This document shows, piece after piece, positions 8,909 through 17,978 of a stretch of 64,000 bases of DNA; the stretch's first letter is position 1; every line of letters starts with the position of its first letter. This stretch comes from Acutalibacteraceae bacterium (GTDB lineage Bacteria; Bacillota_I; Bacilli_A; RFN20; CAG-449), in assembly GCA_963610315.1 (NCBI GenBank), contig CAVDMV010000004.1:7381-71380 (forward strand), in the 5' to 3' direction. A program made the position numbers and the translations under genes. The notes beneath the pieces are model-generated. The model was not told the DNA's origin and ran no database searches. It was given only the letters and a program-made list of their open reading frames with translations.

Positions 8909-9682
8909 TTAATCAATCCTAAATAACTTCTTTCCATTATTATACGTAGTATATTCTATTTCACGTGAAACAATTCCTCTTATTTCACTAATTTTATCAA
9001 TCACATATTTTAAATAATATGGATAATTAATTTCTCCACGGTGAGGGACTGGAGGTAAGTAAGGTGAATCAGTTTCTATTACCATATTTTCTAATGGAAC
9101 TAGTTTCGCGACTTCTTTTGGTGTAACTGAATTTTTATATGTAACTGGTCCATCAATACCAATATAAAATCCCATCTTAACATATTCTTTCATAAGTTCA
9201 ACACTACCAGAAAAGCAATGTAAAACACATCCATATAATGGTTTATATTTTCTTAATATATCAAAAGTATCACCATCTGCATCACGAGCATGAACAATGA
9301 TTGGTAAATGTAATTCATTCGCAAGTTTAATTTGAGCAATAAAATATTCTTTTTGTTTTGAAATAGTAACTTCATCTTTAATCCAGTGTTTATCTAAACC
9401 TATTTCACCAATCGCTTTTACTTTACTAGATGAAGATACAAGTTTTCTAATTTCTAGTAATCCTTCATTTAGAGGCATATCATCAATTTCTTCTGGATGA
9501 ATTCCTACTGCCGCGTAAACTTCATTAAACTTATTAGCCAAAGAAACAGCTTTATAAGAATTTCTTATATTATCACCTGGAATCATCATTAAAGTAACAC
9601 CTTGTTCTAAGCAAGACGAAATTACTTCTTCACTAGAGGAATATTTTTCATCATATAAATGACAATGAGTATCAAAAATCAT
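8909..9682 (-). CDS. tatD: TatD-family metal-dependent DNase/hydrolase
   Basis: IFDTHCHL N-terminus, GEIGLD, HARDA, ETDSPYL motifs. Confidence 0.93.
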   Translation of the reverse strand: MIFDTHCHLYDEKYSSSEEVISSCLEQGVTLMMIPGDNIRNSYKAVSLANKFNEVYAAVGIHPEEIDDMPLNEGLLEIRKLVSSSSKVKAIGEIGLDKHWIKDEVTISKQKEYFIAQIKLANELHLPIIVHARDADGDTFDILRKYKPLYGCVLHCFSGSVELMKEYVKMGFYIGIDGPVTYKNSVTPKEVAKLVPLENMVIETDSPYLPPVPHRGEINYPYYLKYVIDKISEIRGIVSREIEYTTYNNGKKLFRID

Positions 9683-9683
9683 A

Positions 9684-11006
9684 TTATTTACCTACACAGA
9701 AACGTGAGAAGATTTCTTCAGTTAAATCTACTTTTACTTCTTCACCAAGAATTTCTTTTAAAGCATCATAACTAGCTTTAATTGAAGTAGAGATTAAATC
9801 TAAAGAAATACCCATCAATGCTTCTTCTTTTGCATTAACTAAGTTTTCTTTTGCTTTATTTAATAAACCGATATCACGAGAAGAAGTTAATGAAGGAGTT
9901 AGAGCATTCATTTTATCTAGAGAATATAATTTACTTAAAGCATCTAGTAAAGCTTTAATATCATGATTAATACAGGAAATATATATTTCTTCATCATTAG
10001 ATTTGTTTTCTTTTAAATCGTCTTTATTATAGACGATAAGTCTTTTCTTATCTTTTGTATATTCAAGTATTTCATGATCTTCTTGAGTAATGTTACCTTT
10101 TTCTAAAACAACAATAACTAAATCAGCATTAGAAATAGTTTCTTTTGATTTATTAATACCAATTTGTTCAACTACATCATCTGAATCTCTAATTCCAGCC
10201 GTATCTAGAAGATTAACAATTAATCCATTAAGATTAATTTGTCCTTCAACTATATCTCTAGTCGTACCAGGAATATTAGTGACAATCGCTTTATCTTTTC
10301 CTAATAATTCATTTAATAATGAAGATTTACCAACATTAGGTCTACCGACTAAAGCTACCGAGATACCTTCAACAATAAGTTTTGATTTTTCTCCTTTAGA
10401 GATTAACGAATCTAATGTAGAAATTAAAGAATCCATTTCATTAATAATCTTATCATTAGTTACTTCTTCAATATCTTGATATTCTGGATAATCGATATTA
10501 ACTTCAATATTTGATAAGATATCCGCGAGTTTTGTTTTAATTGGATCTAATAAAGAAGAAGTTTCTCCACCTAAAGAATATAAAGATAATGTCTTTGCTT
10601 CTTTAGTTTCAGCATTAATTAAAGAATTTACTGCTTCCGCTTGAACTAGGTCAATTCTACCATTATAAAAAGCGCGAGAAGTGAATTCTCCTCTTTCAGC
10701 AAGACGACCTCCTTTTTCAATGATTAAAGAAATAATTTCATTCGCGATTAACATTGAACCGTGACAAGATATTTCAATGACGTCTTCACCAGTAAAAGAT
10801 TTAGGTCCTTTAAAATAGGTAAGCATTACTTCATCGATAATTTCTTCTTTATTTTTAATATGTCCGTAGTAGACGTAATTTGGTTTTTCTATTTTTCTAG
10901 TGAAGATTTCGTTACCGATATCTAAGGTATGTTCTCCACTTATTCTTATAACTGCGATTGCCCCTTTTAAAGGTGGGGTGATTAATGAAACAATACAATC
11001 AAACAT
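9684..11006 (-). CDS. mnmE: tRNA modification GTPase MnmE
   Basis: 440 aa. G-domain GRPNVGKSSLLN, DTAGIR, NKDD-like YNKDD. C-terminal FCVGK is the MnmE signature. Confidence 0.96.
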   Translation of the reverse strand: MFDCIVSLITPPLKGAIAVIRISGEHTLDIGNEIFTRKIEKPNYVYYGHIKNKEEIIDEVMLTYFKGPKSFTGEDVIEISCHGSMLIANEIISLIIEKGGRLAERGEFTSRAFYNGRIDLVQAEAVNSLINAETKEAKTLSLYSLGGETSSLLDPIKTKLADILSNIEVNIDYPEYQDIEEVTNDKIINEMDSLISTLDSLISKGEKSKLIVEGISVALVGRPNVGKSSLLNELLGKDKAIVTNIPGTTRDIVEGQINLNGLIVNLLDTAGIRDSDDVVEQIGINKSKETISNADLVIVVLEKGNITQEDHEILEYTKDKKRLIVYNKDDLKENKSNDEEIYISCINHDIKALLDALSKLYSLDKMNALTPSLTSSRDIGLLNKAKENLVNAKEEALMGISLDLISTSIKASYDALKEILGEEVKVDLTEEIFSRFCVGK

Positions 11007-11051
11007 TCTTTTTACCTCTTTTTTCTAATTATATATTAATTGAGCGATATC

Positions 11052-11080
11052 ACAAAATAAAAAGGAAGAATTATTCTTCC
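11052..11080 (-). terminator. Hairpin overlapping the jag stop codon
   Basis: Minus strand reads GGAAGAATAATTCTTCC followed by TTTTTATTTT. Confidence 0.5.
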
Positions 11081-11682
11081 TCCTTTGTTACATTTTCTTC
11101 ATCAACATAGATGATTTGAATTTGTCTTTCTTTACCGACACCAGTAGATTCAGTTCTAATATGAGGCATATTAGTTAAACAATTATGAATCATTCTTCTT
11201 TCATCAGATGGCATTGGATCAAGAGTGACATTAGTATGAGTTTTTTGAACTTCATGAGCGAGTCTACGTGCCATTTTAGTTAAACGATCATATTTATCAT
11301 CTTTATAACCATTGATATCTAATAATACTCTATATCTATGTTTGAAATGATTTGAAATAGCAATTCTTGTTAGTTCATTTAATGATTGAAGAGTTGTACC
11401 ATTTTTACCAATTAAGATTGGGTTATGGTCTGAATCAATTTTTAAACGAATGATATCATCTTTAATAGATGGAGTTACTTTTGCTTCAACTCCTAATGCT
11501 TCTAAAGCATCTTTTAAATAATTTTGTGAATATTCAATAACATCAACAATTGTAAATACTTCAATTTCAACATTATTTTCTTCTTCAACAACTACTTCGT
11601 AAGCTAAATCTGCTTTATCGACATATTCTTCTTTTGAAGCAATTTCTAATGCTTCGTCTAAGTTACTTCCTTTATATCTCAT
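11071..11682 (-). CDS. jag: Jag/KhpB RNA-binding protein (KH + R3H domains)
   Basis: Conserved position after yidC. KH-like IGKNGTTLQSL and R3H-like DERRMIH motifs. Confidence 0.88.
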   Translation of the reverse strand: MRYKGSNLDEALEIASKEEYVDKADLAYEVVVEEENNVEIEVFTIVDVIEYSQNYLKDALEALGVEAKVTPSIKDDIIRLKIDSDHNPILIGKNGTTLQSLNELTRIAISNHFKHRYRVLLDINGYKDDKYDRLTKMARRLAHEVQKTHTNVTLDPMPSDERRMIHNCLTNMPHIRTESTGVGKERQIQIIYVDEENVTKEEE

Positions 11683-11693
11683 AATGCACCTTC

Positions 11694-13082
11694 CTATTTA
11701 TTCTTTTTATAATCTTTACCGTATTTGTGTTTTAACATCATTGTTTCGTTAATCTTGTGTGTAAGGAAACTTTGTCCTAAAGAGATTAATGCAGTGATGA
11801 ACCAATAAATACACATCGCAATAGGTAATGATAAACCCATAAAGATAACCATGAAAATCATGATGTAGTTCATCCATTTCATAGTTTTTGCAGATTGATC
11901 TTGAGCAGGATTCTTATTTAATTTAGGAGCTTCACCAACTCTTTTCTTTTGTAACCATTGAGGTATCTTCATTGATAAGAATTGAGCGACTGCCATTAAG
12001 ATGAAGACAATCCAAGCGATATACCATGGACCTGACCAATCCATTAAACCTGTTGAAGTTGTTGTAGAAAGAGCTAAACCAAAGATTGTTCCGCTCATAA
12101 GGATTGATGAACCTTGCATCGCTGACCAAACTGCGATGAAGATAGGGAATTGGAAGATTAAGATAATAAACATTCCAAATGGATTAATCTTATATTTCTT
12201 ATATAAAGCCATTTGTTCTTGTGCGAACTTTTGCTTTTCATATTGGTTAGTTTGACTATTTGGATATTTAGCTTGTAATTTTTGAATTTCTGGTTGAATA
12301 GCGCTCATTCTACCTTGTGCGAGAGTTTGTTTAAATGTTAATGCCATTAAAACACCTCTAACGATAAGTGTAACAATGAAAATTGCAAGTAATGCACCAA
12401 ATCCACCCATCGCTGCAAAAGCAGTAGTTAATGTATATAATAACCATGAGATTGGATAGACTAATAAACCTTCAATTAAACCAAGGCTCCAAGCATCTCC
12501 CCATGATTTACCTTCAACAACAATTCCGTTATAAGATTGAGTGACTGGTGAAATACATGTAGTCTTTGAATTAACTAATGTATTAAATGTTGATTTATAA
12601 AGTGCGATGTAATTTGCATCTGGACAATATTCAACGCCTAAAGATCTTCTTGCACTTTCAACCCATTTATCATAGTTGTGCCATAATGTATGAGTTCCGT
12701 CATATGTATCAGCACCTGCAAAAAGTGCGACACCTCTTGCATATTCATGGTTGTATAATTCTAAATTTTCATTATATGGAGCAGTTGTTGAATAATAATA
12801 ATCTAAACCTGCTGCATATGCTTCAATCTTACTTTCCATATAAGCATAGAATTTAGAAGTTGGAACTAACATTCCTTGCTTTTCTGCACTTTCATGAATT
12901 TCTGCAGTCTTTGTATATTCTTTGTAAACTTTTTGACTTCCATCTTCATTAGTAATGTTTTCAGAAGAGAGCATCATTTGAGCTTTATCATTAACACTAC
13001 AGAATGATTTTGTACATGAAGTTAAAGTACTAGCCATAACCATGAAAATACCAAGGAATAATAAGGCTTTTTTAAATTTCAT
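11694..13082 (-). CDS. yidC: Membrane protein insertase YidC, lipoprotein type, with an extended N-terminal extracytoplasmic domain
   Basis: Lipobox LTSC. C-terminal 60-kDa-IMP core (PLIVRGVLMALTFKQ, QPEIQKLQAKY, NPFGM). Conserved position after rnpA, overlapping it by 11 nt. Confidence 0.92.
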   Translation of the reverse strand: MKFKKALLFLGIFMVMASTLTSCTKSFCSVNDKAQMMLSSENITNEDGSQKVYKEYTKTAEIHESAEKQGMLVPTSKFYAYMESKIEAYAAGLDYYYSTTAPYNENLELYNHEYARGVALFAGADTYDGTHTLWHNYDKWVESARRSLGVEYCPDANYIALYKSTFNTLVNSKTTCISPVTQSYNGIVVEGKSWGDAWSLGLIEGLLVYPISWLLYTLTTAFAAMGGFGALLAIFIVTLIVRGVLMALTFKQTLAQGRMSAIQPEIQKLQAKYPNSQTNQYEKQKFAQEQMALYKKYKINPFGMFIILIFQFPIFIAVWSAMQGSSILMSGTIFGLALSTTTSTGLMDWSGPWYIAWIVFILMAVAQFLSMKIPQWLQKKRVGEAPKLNKNPAQDQSAKTMKWMNYIMIFMVIFMGLSLPIAMCIYWFITALISLGQSFLTHKINETMMLKHKYGKDYKKNK

Positions 13083-13416
13083 TTTCGATCCTCCGATTTA
13101 TTTTATTGATTAAAATTGATAATTCATTTAAATTAGTCGCGTAATCATTACTTACATATGCTTTTTTAACAATTATGCAATAATCAATATTTTTATCAAA
13201 ATTAATTACTTCTTTTGCCATCATACGAACTTGTCTTCTAATTTTGTTTCTCGTAACTGCGTTACCAAGTTTCTTAGAAGTAGATATTCCTATTCTAGCG
13301 TGGTCTAGTTCATTTACTTTGTAATAACAGACGAAACATCTATTGCTCAAAGTTTTATTTTCATGGATGACACTTTGGAAATCTTGATGTGATTTAACAC
13401 GATATTTAATTTTCAT
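13072..13416 (-). CDS. rnpA: Ribonuclease P protein component
   Basis: 114 aa, basic, with the RNR-like motif KLGNAVTRNKIRRQVR. Lies downstream of rpmH. Confidence 0.93.
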   Translation of the reverse strand: MKIKYRVKSHQDFQSVIHENKTLSNRCFVCYYKVNELDHARIGISTSKKLGNAVTRNKIRRQVRMMAKEVINFDKNIDYCIIVKKAYVSNDYATNLNELSILINKINRRIENEI

Positions 13417-13437
13417 AATTCATCCTCTTTCTTTGTT

Positions 13438-13470
13438 TTAAAAAAACCGTTACTACTCAGTAACGGTTTT
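13438..13470 (-). terminator. Hairpin between rpmH and rnpA (terminator or attenuator)
   Basis: Perfect 11-bp stem AAACCGTTACT / AGTAACGGTTT, 4-nt loop, with A/T runs on both sides. Confidence 0.6.
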
Positions 13471-13479
13471 AAGCTTTAC

Positions 13480-13614
13480 TTATGCAGTAAGTTGTTTTCT
13501 ACCTTTTGAACGGCGTCTTGCTAATACTTTTCTACCGTTAGGTGTAGCCATTCTAGCACGGAAACCACAAGTGTTCTTATGTTTTCTTTTACTAGGTTGA
13601 TATGTTCTTTTCAT
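13480..13614 (-). CDS. rpmH: 50S ribosomal protein L34
   Basis: Not in the ORF track. My translation is [44 protein letters not shown] (44 aa), a canonical L34 sequence. Confidence 0.95.
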   Translation of the reverse strand: MKRTYQPSKRKHKNTCGFRARMATPNGRKVLARRRSKGRKQLTA

Positions 13615-13743
13615 TTTTATAACCTCCGATTACGTTCTATACGCGATAAAATTATATATATTATTTATATAATAAGTCAACAAAAGATTGTTTTTTTATT
13701 AAAAAAATGTGTTTATTTTTATTTTTCTTCTTTATAGAGAAGA

Positions 13744-13869
13744 TTATCCACTTTTCCACAGAGTAAAACTTTATACACAATTGTAGACAAACTTTTCCAC
13801 ATGTGGAAATTGTGGAAAACTCTTTTTATTATCTTTTATTATATAATTTTATATACTAAATGTGGAAAA
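13744..13869. other. oriC DnaA-box cluster upstream of dnaA, followed by an AT-rich stretch
   Basis: Forward boxes: TTATCCACT 13744, TTTTCCACA 13752, TTATACACA 13771, TTTTCCACA 13793. Reverse-orientation boxes: TGTGGAAAT 13802, TGTGGAAAA 13811 and 13861. Coding-strand polarity switches here. Confidence 0.85.
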
Positions 13870-13948
13870 CTAAAAATTTTAATTTTTCTTCTATTACTTT
13901 TACACATATTTATGATAGTATTTACTACAAACGAAGGGAGCTTATCTT

Positions 13949-15307
13949 ATGAGCGTTACTTTATCTAATCAAGACAAGATTTGGAATAGTGTTCTTGATC
14001 GCGCTAAACAAGTGATTGATCGACATACATTTGATATGTTTTTTGCTAGTACAAAAATTGTCTCTATTGTAAACAATACAATTACTGTATCAACTGATAC
14101 TGAATTATCAAAAACTATCCTTAATTCTGGAAATAAAACAGTTGAGAAATTTAAAGAAATAGTTAATGAAGTTACAGAAACTAACTATCAACTAAAATTC
14201 ATCTATAAAAACGAAGATGTTTCTACTAATGTAGAAGAAGTACAAAAACCTGTCTTTTTCCAACAATGTAATTTAAATCCAAAATACAGTTTAGATAACT
14301 ATGTTGTCGGTAGTTCAAATAAAGAAGCAGTACAAGCTGCTTTAATGATTGCCGCGACTCCAGGAGAAACATTTAATCCATTGTTCATATATTCTAAATC
14401 TGGACTTGGTAAAACTCACTTATTACACGCGATTGGTAATTACATCAAAGAAAAGAAGCCTTTTTACAAAGTTTTATATATTACAACTGATGCTTTTATC
14501 GATGAATTTGTTAGATATTGTAAAGGTGATCAACAAAATGAATCATTAAAAGATTTCATGCGTTCAATCGATGTCTTATTAGTTGATGATATCCAACAAT
14601 TAAAAACTAAAGAAAAGACTCAAGAAATGTTCTTTAATATCTTTAATTTACTCGTCAATAACGGAAAACAAATCGTCTTAACATCTGATTGTTCTCCAAG
14701 TGAATTAAAAGGTCTTCAAGATCGTTTAGTAACTCGTTTTAGTATGGGATTAATCGTCAGTATTAAAAACCCAGATATTGATACTTGTATTGAGATTTTA
14801 AAAACAAAAATAAGCGCGAATAACCTCAACATCAATAATTTTGAATACGATGGCTTAGTTTATCTAGCTGAAACTTTCTCAAAGAATATTAGAGAGTTAG
14901 AAGGAGCCTTAAACAGAGTTATTTTTAGAACAATCGCGAATAAATACACCGATAAAATTGATGTTGAAACAATAAAAGAATCTGTCGAAGGTCTTGCAAG
15001 TATTAAATCAAAAGAAAATACTCTTACCGAAGCAAGAATTATTGATGCAGTTGGAGATTATTATAATTTAACTGAAGAACAAATTAAGTCTAAAATTAGA
15101 ACTTCTCAAATCGCTCTTGCAAGACACATTTCTATTTACCTTTGTCGAGACATGTTAAACACTTCATTAACTCAATTAGGTAAGATTTTTGGTGGTAGAG
15201 ACCACACAACCATCATGTCCAGTGTAGAAAAAGTGGAGAAAATGTTGAAAACTGAGCCAGATTTAAAGCTTGCATTAGACGCGATAAAAAAGACTTTAAA
15301 ATATTAA
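13949..15307 (+). CDS. dnaA: Chromosomal replication initiator DnaA
   Basis: 452 aa. AAA+ Walker A SGLGKTHLLHA, Walker B LLVDDIQ. C-terminal DNA-binding signature GGRDHTTIM. Confidence 0.98.
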   Translation: MSVTLSNQDKIWNSVLDRAKQVIDRHTFDMFFASTKIVSIVNNTITVSTDTELSKTILNSGNKTVEKFKEIVNEVTETNYQLKFIYKNEDVSTNVEEVQKPVFFQQCNLNPKYSLDNYVVGSSNKEAVQAALMIAATPGETFNPLFIYSKSGLGKTHLLHAIGNYIKEKKPFYKVLYITTDAFIDEFVRYCKGDQQNESLKDFMRSIDVLLVDDIQQLKTKEKTQEMFFNIFNLLVNNGKQIVLTSDCSPSELKGLQDRLVTRFSMGLIVSIKNPDIDTCIEILKTKISANNLNINNFEYDGLVYLAETFSKNIRELEGALNRVIFRTIANKYTDKIDVETIKESVEGLASIKSKENTLTEARIIDAVGDYYNLTEEQIKSKIRTSQIALARHISIYLCRDMLNTSLTQLGKIFGGRDHTTIMSSVEKVEKMLKTEPDLKLALDAIKKTLKY

Positions 15308-15368
15308 ACAAAATACGTAGTATTTTATATACGCATATAGTATAATATTTTTAGCAACAATTTGTGAC

Positions 15369-15377
15369 TTTTCCACA
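15369..15377 (+). promoter_or_regulatory. Isolated DnaA box (TTTTCCACA) in the dnaA-dnaN spacer
   Basis: Exact match to the box variant used upstream of dnaA, embedded in AT-rich sequence. Confidence 0.55.
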
Positions 15378-15428
15378 ATTTCAACAGTCCTTATTATTAT
15401 TGCTATATAGAAGGAGAAAAAAATAAAT

Positions 15429-16547
15429 ATGAGACTTACAGTCGATAGAGCTAGATTCTTAAAAGCCTTGACTATTGTTAACGGCGTAATCTTAAGTAAA
15501 TCACCTACTCCAGCATTTTTAAATTTCAAATTAACAATGTCTGATGATGGATTAGAAATATTAGGTAGTGATAACGATTTAACCATCGTAAACGTATTAC
15601 CTATTCAAGATGGAGATAAAACTTTAATTGAAACCTATACTAATGGATCAATTTTAATCACTGCAAAATTATTATTTGAATTAATTCGTCAACTCAGTGA
15701 AGAAAAAGTTACCCTTGAAACAATTGATGATGTCATGGTCAATATCTATGACAATAAATCAAACTTCAAATTAAATGCGATGAGAAGTGAAGAATATCCT
15801 GATTTAGATTTATCTACTTCTGGAGAAGAAATTACTTTTAATACAGAAGAATTTAAAAAGATTATCGCTCAAACCGCTTTTGCAGCTTCAACTAAAGAAA
15901 CTAGACCTCTTTTAACTGCGATTAATGCAAAGTCAGATGGCCAAATCGCTGAATTCGTCGCGACAGACTCTTATAGACTCGCGAAAAAGACATGTTCCTT
16001 ATCTTTACACCCTTTTGAAGCAAACATTCCTGTAAAAGCTTTAAATGAAGTTTCTAAGCTATTAGAAGGAGAAACTGTTACTCTTTATATTTCTCATAAT
16101 AAAGTTGTCTTTGTTTTTAGTAATACCAAGATTTATTCTAAATTAATTATGGGCGATTTCCCAAAGACTAGTAGAATGATTCCTGCAAACTATCCATATG
16201 TCTTAAAAGTTAATGCAGCAGAATTTATTAACGCAATGCAACGTGTATCAATTCTTGCAGTTGATAAAGAAAAAAATGTTAAATTATCTTTAGATGATAA
16301 CAAAGTAGAAATTATCTCTAAAAATGATCAAGTTGGTTCCGCGAACGAAAGAATTCAATTATTTGAATACGAAGGTGGAAGATTTGATATTTCATTTGAT
16401 GTAAATTATGTAGTTGATGCAATTAAAGCAACTCAAAGTGAAGATGTTATTATTTCATTCGCTGGAGAAATGTCTGCATTTAGAGTTACTACTGAAAGTG
16501 ATCCAACAATTAGTCAAATAATTACTCCTGTAAGATCTTATTATTAG
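15429..16547 (+). CDS. dnaN: DNA polymerase III beta sliding clamp
   Basis: 372 aa in the conserved position after dnaA. Typical N-terminus (L.V.R..FLKAL) and C-terminus (ITPVRSYY-like). Confidence 0.95.
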   Translation: MRLTVDRARFLKALTIVNGVILSKSPTPAFLNFKLTMSDDGLEILGSDNDLTIVNVLPIQDGDKTLIETYTNGSILITAKLLFELIRQLSEEKVTLETIDDVMVNIYDNKSNFKLNAMRSEEYPDLDLSTSGEEITFNTEEFKKIIAQTAFAASTKETRPLLTAINAKSDGQIAEFVATDSYRLAKKTCSLSLHPFEANIPVKALNEVSKLLEGETVTLYISHNKVVFVFSNTKIYSKLIMGDFPKTSRMIPANYPYVLKVNAAEFINAMQRVSILAVDKEKNVKLSLDDNKVEIISKNDQVGSANERIQLFEYEGGRFDISFDVNYVVDAIKATQSEDVIISFAGEMSAFRVTTESDPTISQIITPVRSYY

Positions 16548-16573
16548 GAATAATTCCTTCTTTTTAAGAGTTG

Positions 16574-16599
16574 AGCCTAGAATTTTCTAGGCTTTTTTC
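16574..16599 (+). terminator. dnaN terminator
   Basis: Stem AGCCTAG / CTAGGCT followed by TTTTT. Confidence 0.75.
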
Positions 16600-16690
16600 T
16601 TTTTGATAAAAAAATAACTATTTATATTATATATAAATATGTTATAATTTTAACGTGATACATACTAAATCACAAAGAATGGTGATACTT

Positions 16691-16900
16691 ATGAAAAAAA
16701 TAGTAATTAAAACTGAATTCATCACTTTAGGACAATTTCTTAAAGTCGCGGACATTATCCAAAGCGGAGGAGAAGCAAAGATGTTCCTTGCGAGTAATGA
16801 AGTTTACATTAATGGTGAACTTGATGTAAGACGCGGAAGAAAACTTAGAGAAAATGATGTCATTAAAGTTGATGGAGAAGAATTTGTGATTGCAAAATGA
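16691..16900 (+). CDS. yaaA: S4-domain RNA-binding protein YaaA
   Basis: About 69 aa. ITLGQFLKV...GGEAK...V.VNGE motif. Conserved dnaN-yaaA-recF position. Start set at ATG 16691, whereas the track uses an upstream GTG. Confidence 0.85.
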   Translation: MKKIVIKTEFITLGQFLKVADIIQSGGEAKMFLASNEVYINGELDVRRGRKLRENDVIKVDGEEFVIAK

Positions 16901-17976
16901 TAATCAATAATTTGTCTTTAGTTAATTTTAGAAATTATAAATCTCTCGATATTAACTTCTCAAAAGGTCTTAATATCCTAAATGGTAATAACGGCGCGGG
17001 TAAAACAAATATTGTTGAAGCGATTAATTATTTAACCTTAGGAAAATCGTTTAAAACAACTAACGATGAAGAATTAATCTCTTTTAATGAAGAATATCTT
17101 AAAATCAATTTAGAATTCGTTAGTAAATCTAAAAAGAAAATTCAATGCGTAATTTCTAAGAATACTAAAAAGATTATCTATAACGATTATGAAATTAAAA
17201 AACTTTCGGAGTTAAATGGTAAGTTAGTAAGCGTTCTATTTACTCCAATAGATGTCAATCTATTTAAAGACTCACCAGCTTTAAGAAGAAAATTTCTTAA
17301 TATTTCAATTTCAAGCTTTGATAACATTTATCTAAAAGAACTTTCACTCTTTAATAACTTGCTTAAAGAAAGAAATGCGTTATTAAAAAATGAAAGAATT
17401 GATAAAAACTATTTAGGGATTCTTGATGATAAGATTATAGAAACATCTTATCCAATCATGATAAAAAGAAAAGAAATAATTGAGAAATTAAATTTAAATC
17501 TTAATAATATCTTTCAAAATATTGATTCTAATTCAAACTCTATAAAACTAATTTATAAGACTGAAGAAGATGTAGATGAATATGCTAGATATTATCAAGC
17601 AATGAAAAAGAAGTATTTAAGTGATTTTGAAAGCGATACAAGACGTAAATCGACTTCGAGAGGAATTCATCACGATGATATGATAATGCTTCTTAATGGG
17701 CGCGAAATTGCTTTATATGGTTCACAAGGACAAAATCGAATTAGTTCATTATCTCTTAAACTTGCAATGATTGAACTTATTCGAAAAGAAATCGGTGAAG
17801 ATCCAATTATTATTCTTGATGATGTTCTTTCAGAACTAGACGAACTTCATCAAACTAAATTATTAAATATTTTAAATAACTATGAACAAGTATTTATTAC
17901 TTGTGCAGATAATTCGCTTCTTATAGATAATGCGAGTATCTATAAGATTGAAAATGGTAAACTTACAGGGAGGTAA
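16897..17976 (+). CDS. recF: DNA replication and repair protein RecF
   Basis: Walker [15 protein letters not shown], signature SQGQNRI, Walker [15 protein letters not shown] overlap with yaaA. Confidence 0.95.
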   Translation: MIINNLSLVNFRNYKSLDINFSKGLNILNGNNGAGKTNIVEAINYLTLGKSFKTTNDEELISFNEEYLKINLEFVSKSKKKIQCVISKNTKKIIYNDYEIKKLSELNGKLVSVLFTPIDVNLFKDSPALRRKFLNISISSFDNIYLKELSLFNNLLKERNALLKNERIDKNYLGILDDKIIETSYPIMIKRKEIIEKLNLNLNNIFQNIDSNSNSIKLIYKTEEDVDEYARYYQAMKKKYLSDFESDTRRKSTSRGIHHDDMIMLLNGREIALYGSQGQNRISSLSLKLAMIELIRKEIGEDPIIILDDVLSELDELHQTKLLNILNNYEQVFITCADNSLLIDNASIYKIENGKLTGR

Positions 17977-17978
17977 CT

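Noticed and set aside
16898-16900. Possibility of Mollicutes genetic code 4 (UGA = Trp)
   Set aside because: TGA terminates yaaA here and the RDD gene at 57867-57869, at the lengths expected for those proteins. Long conserved genes (ppdK, gyrA, gyrB, nrdD) are full length under the standard code with no in-frame TGA. Trp positions use TGG.
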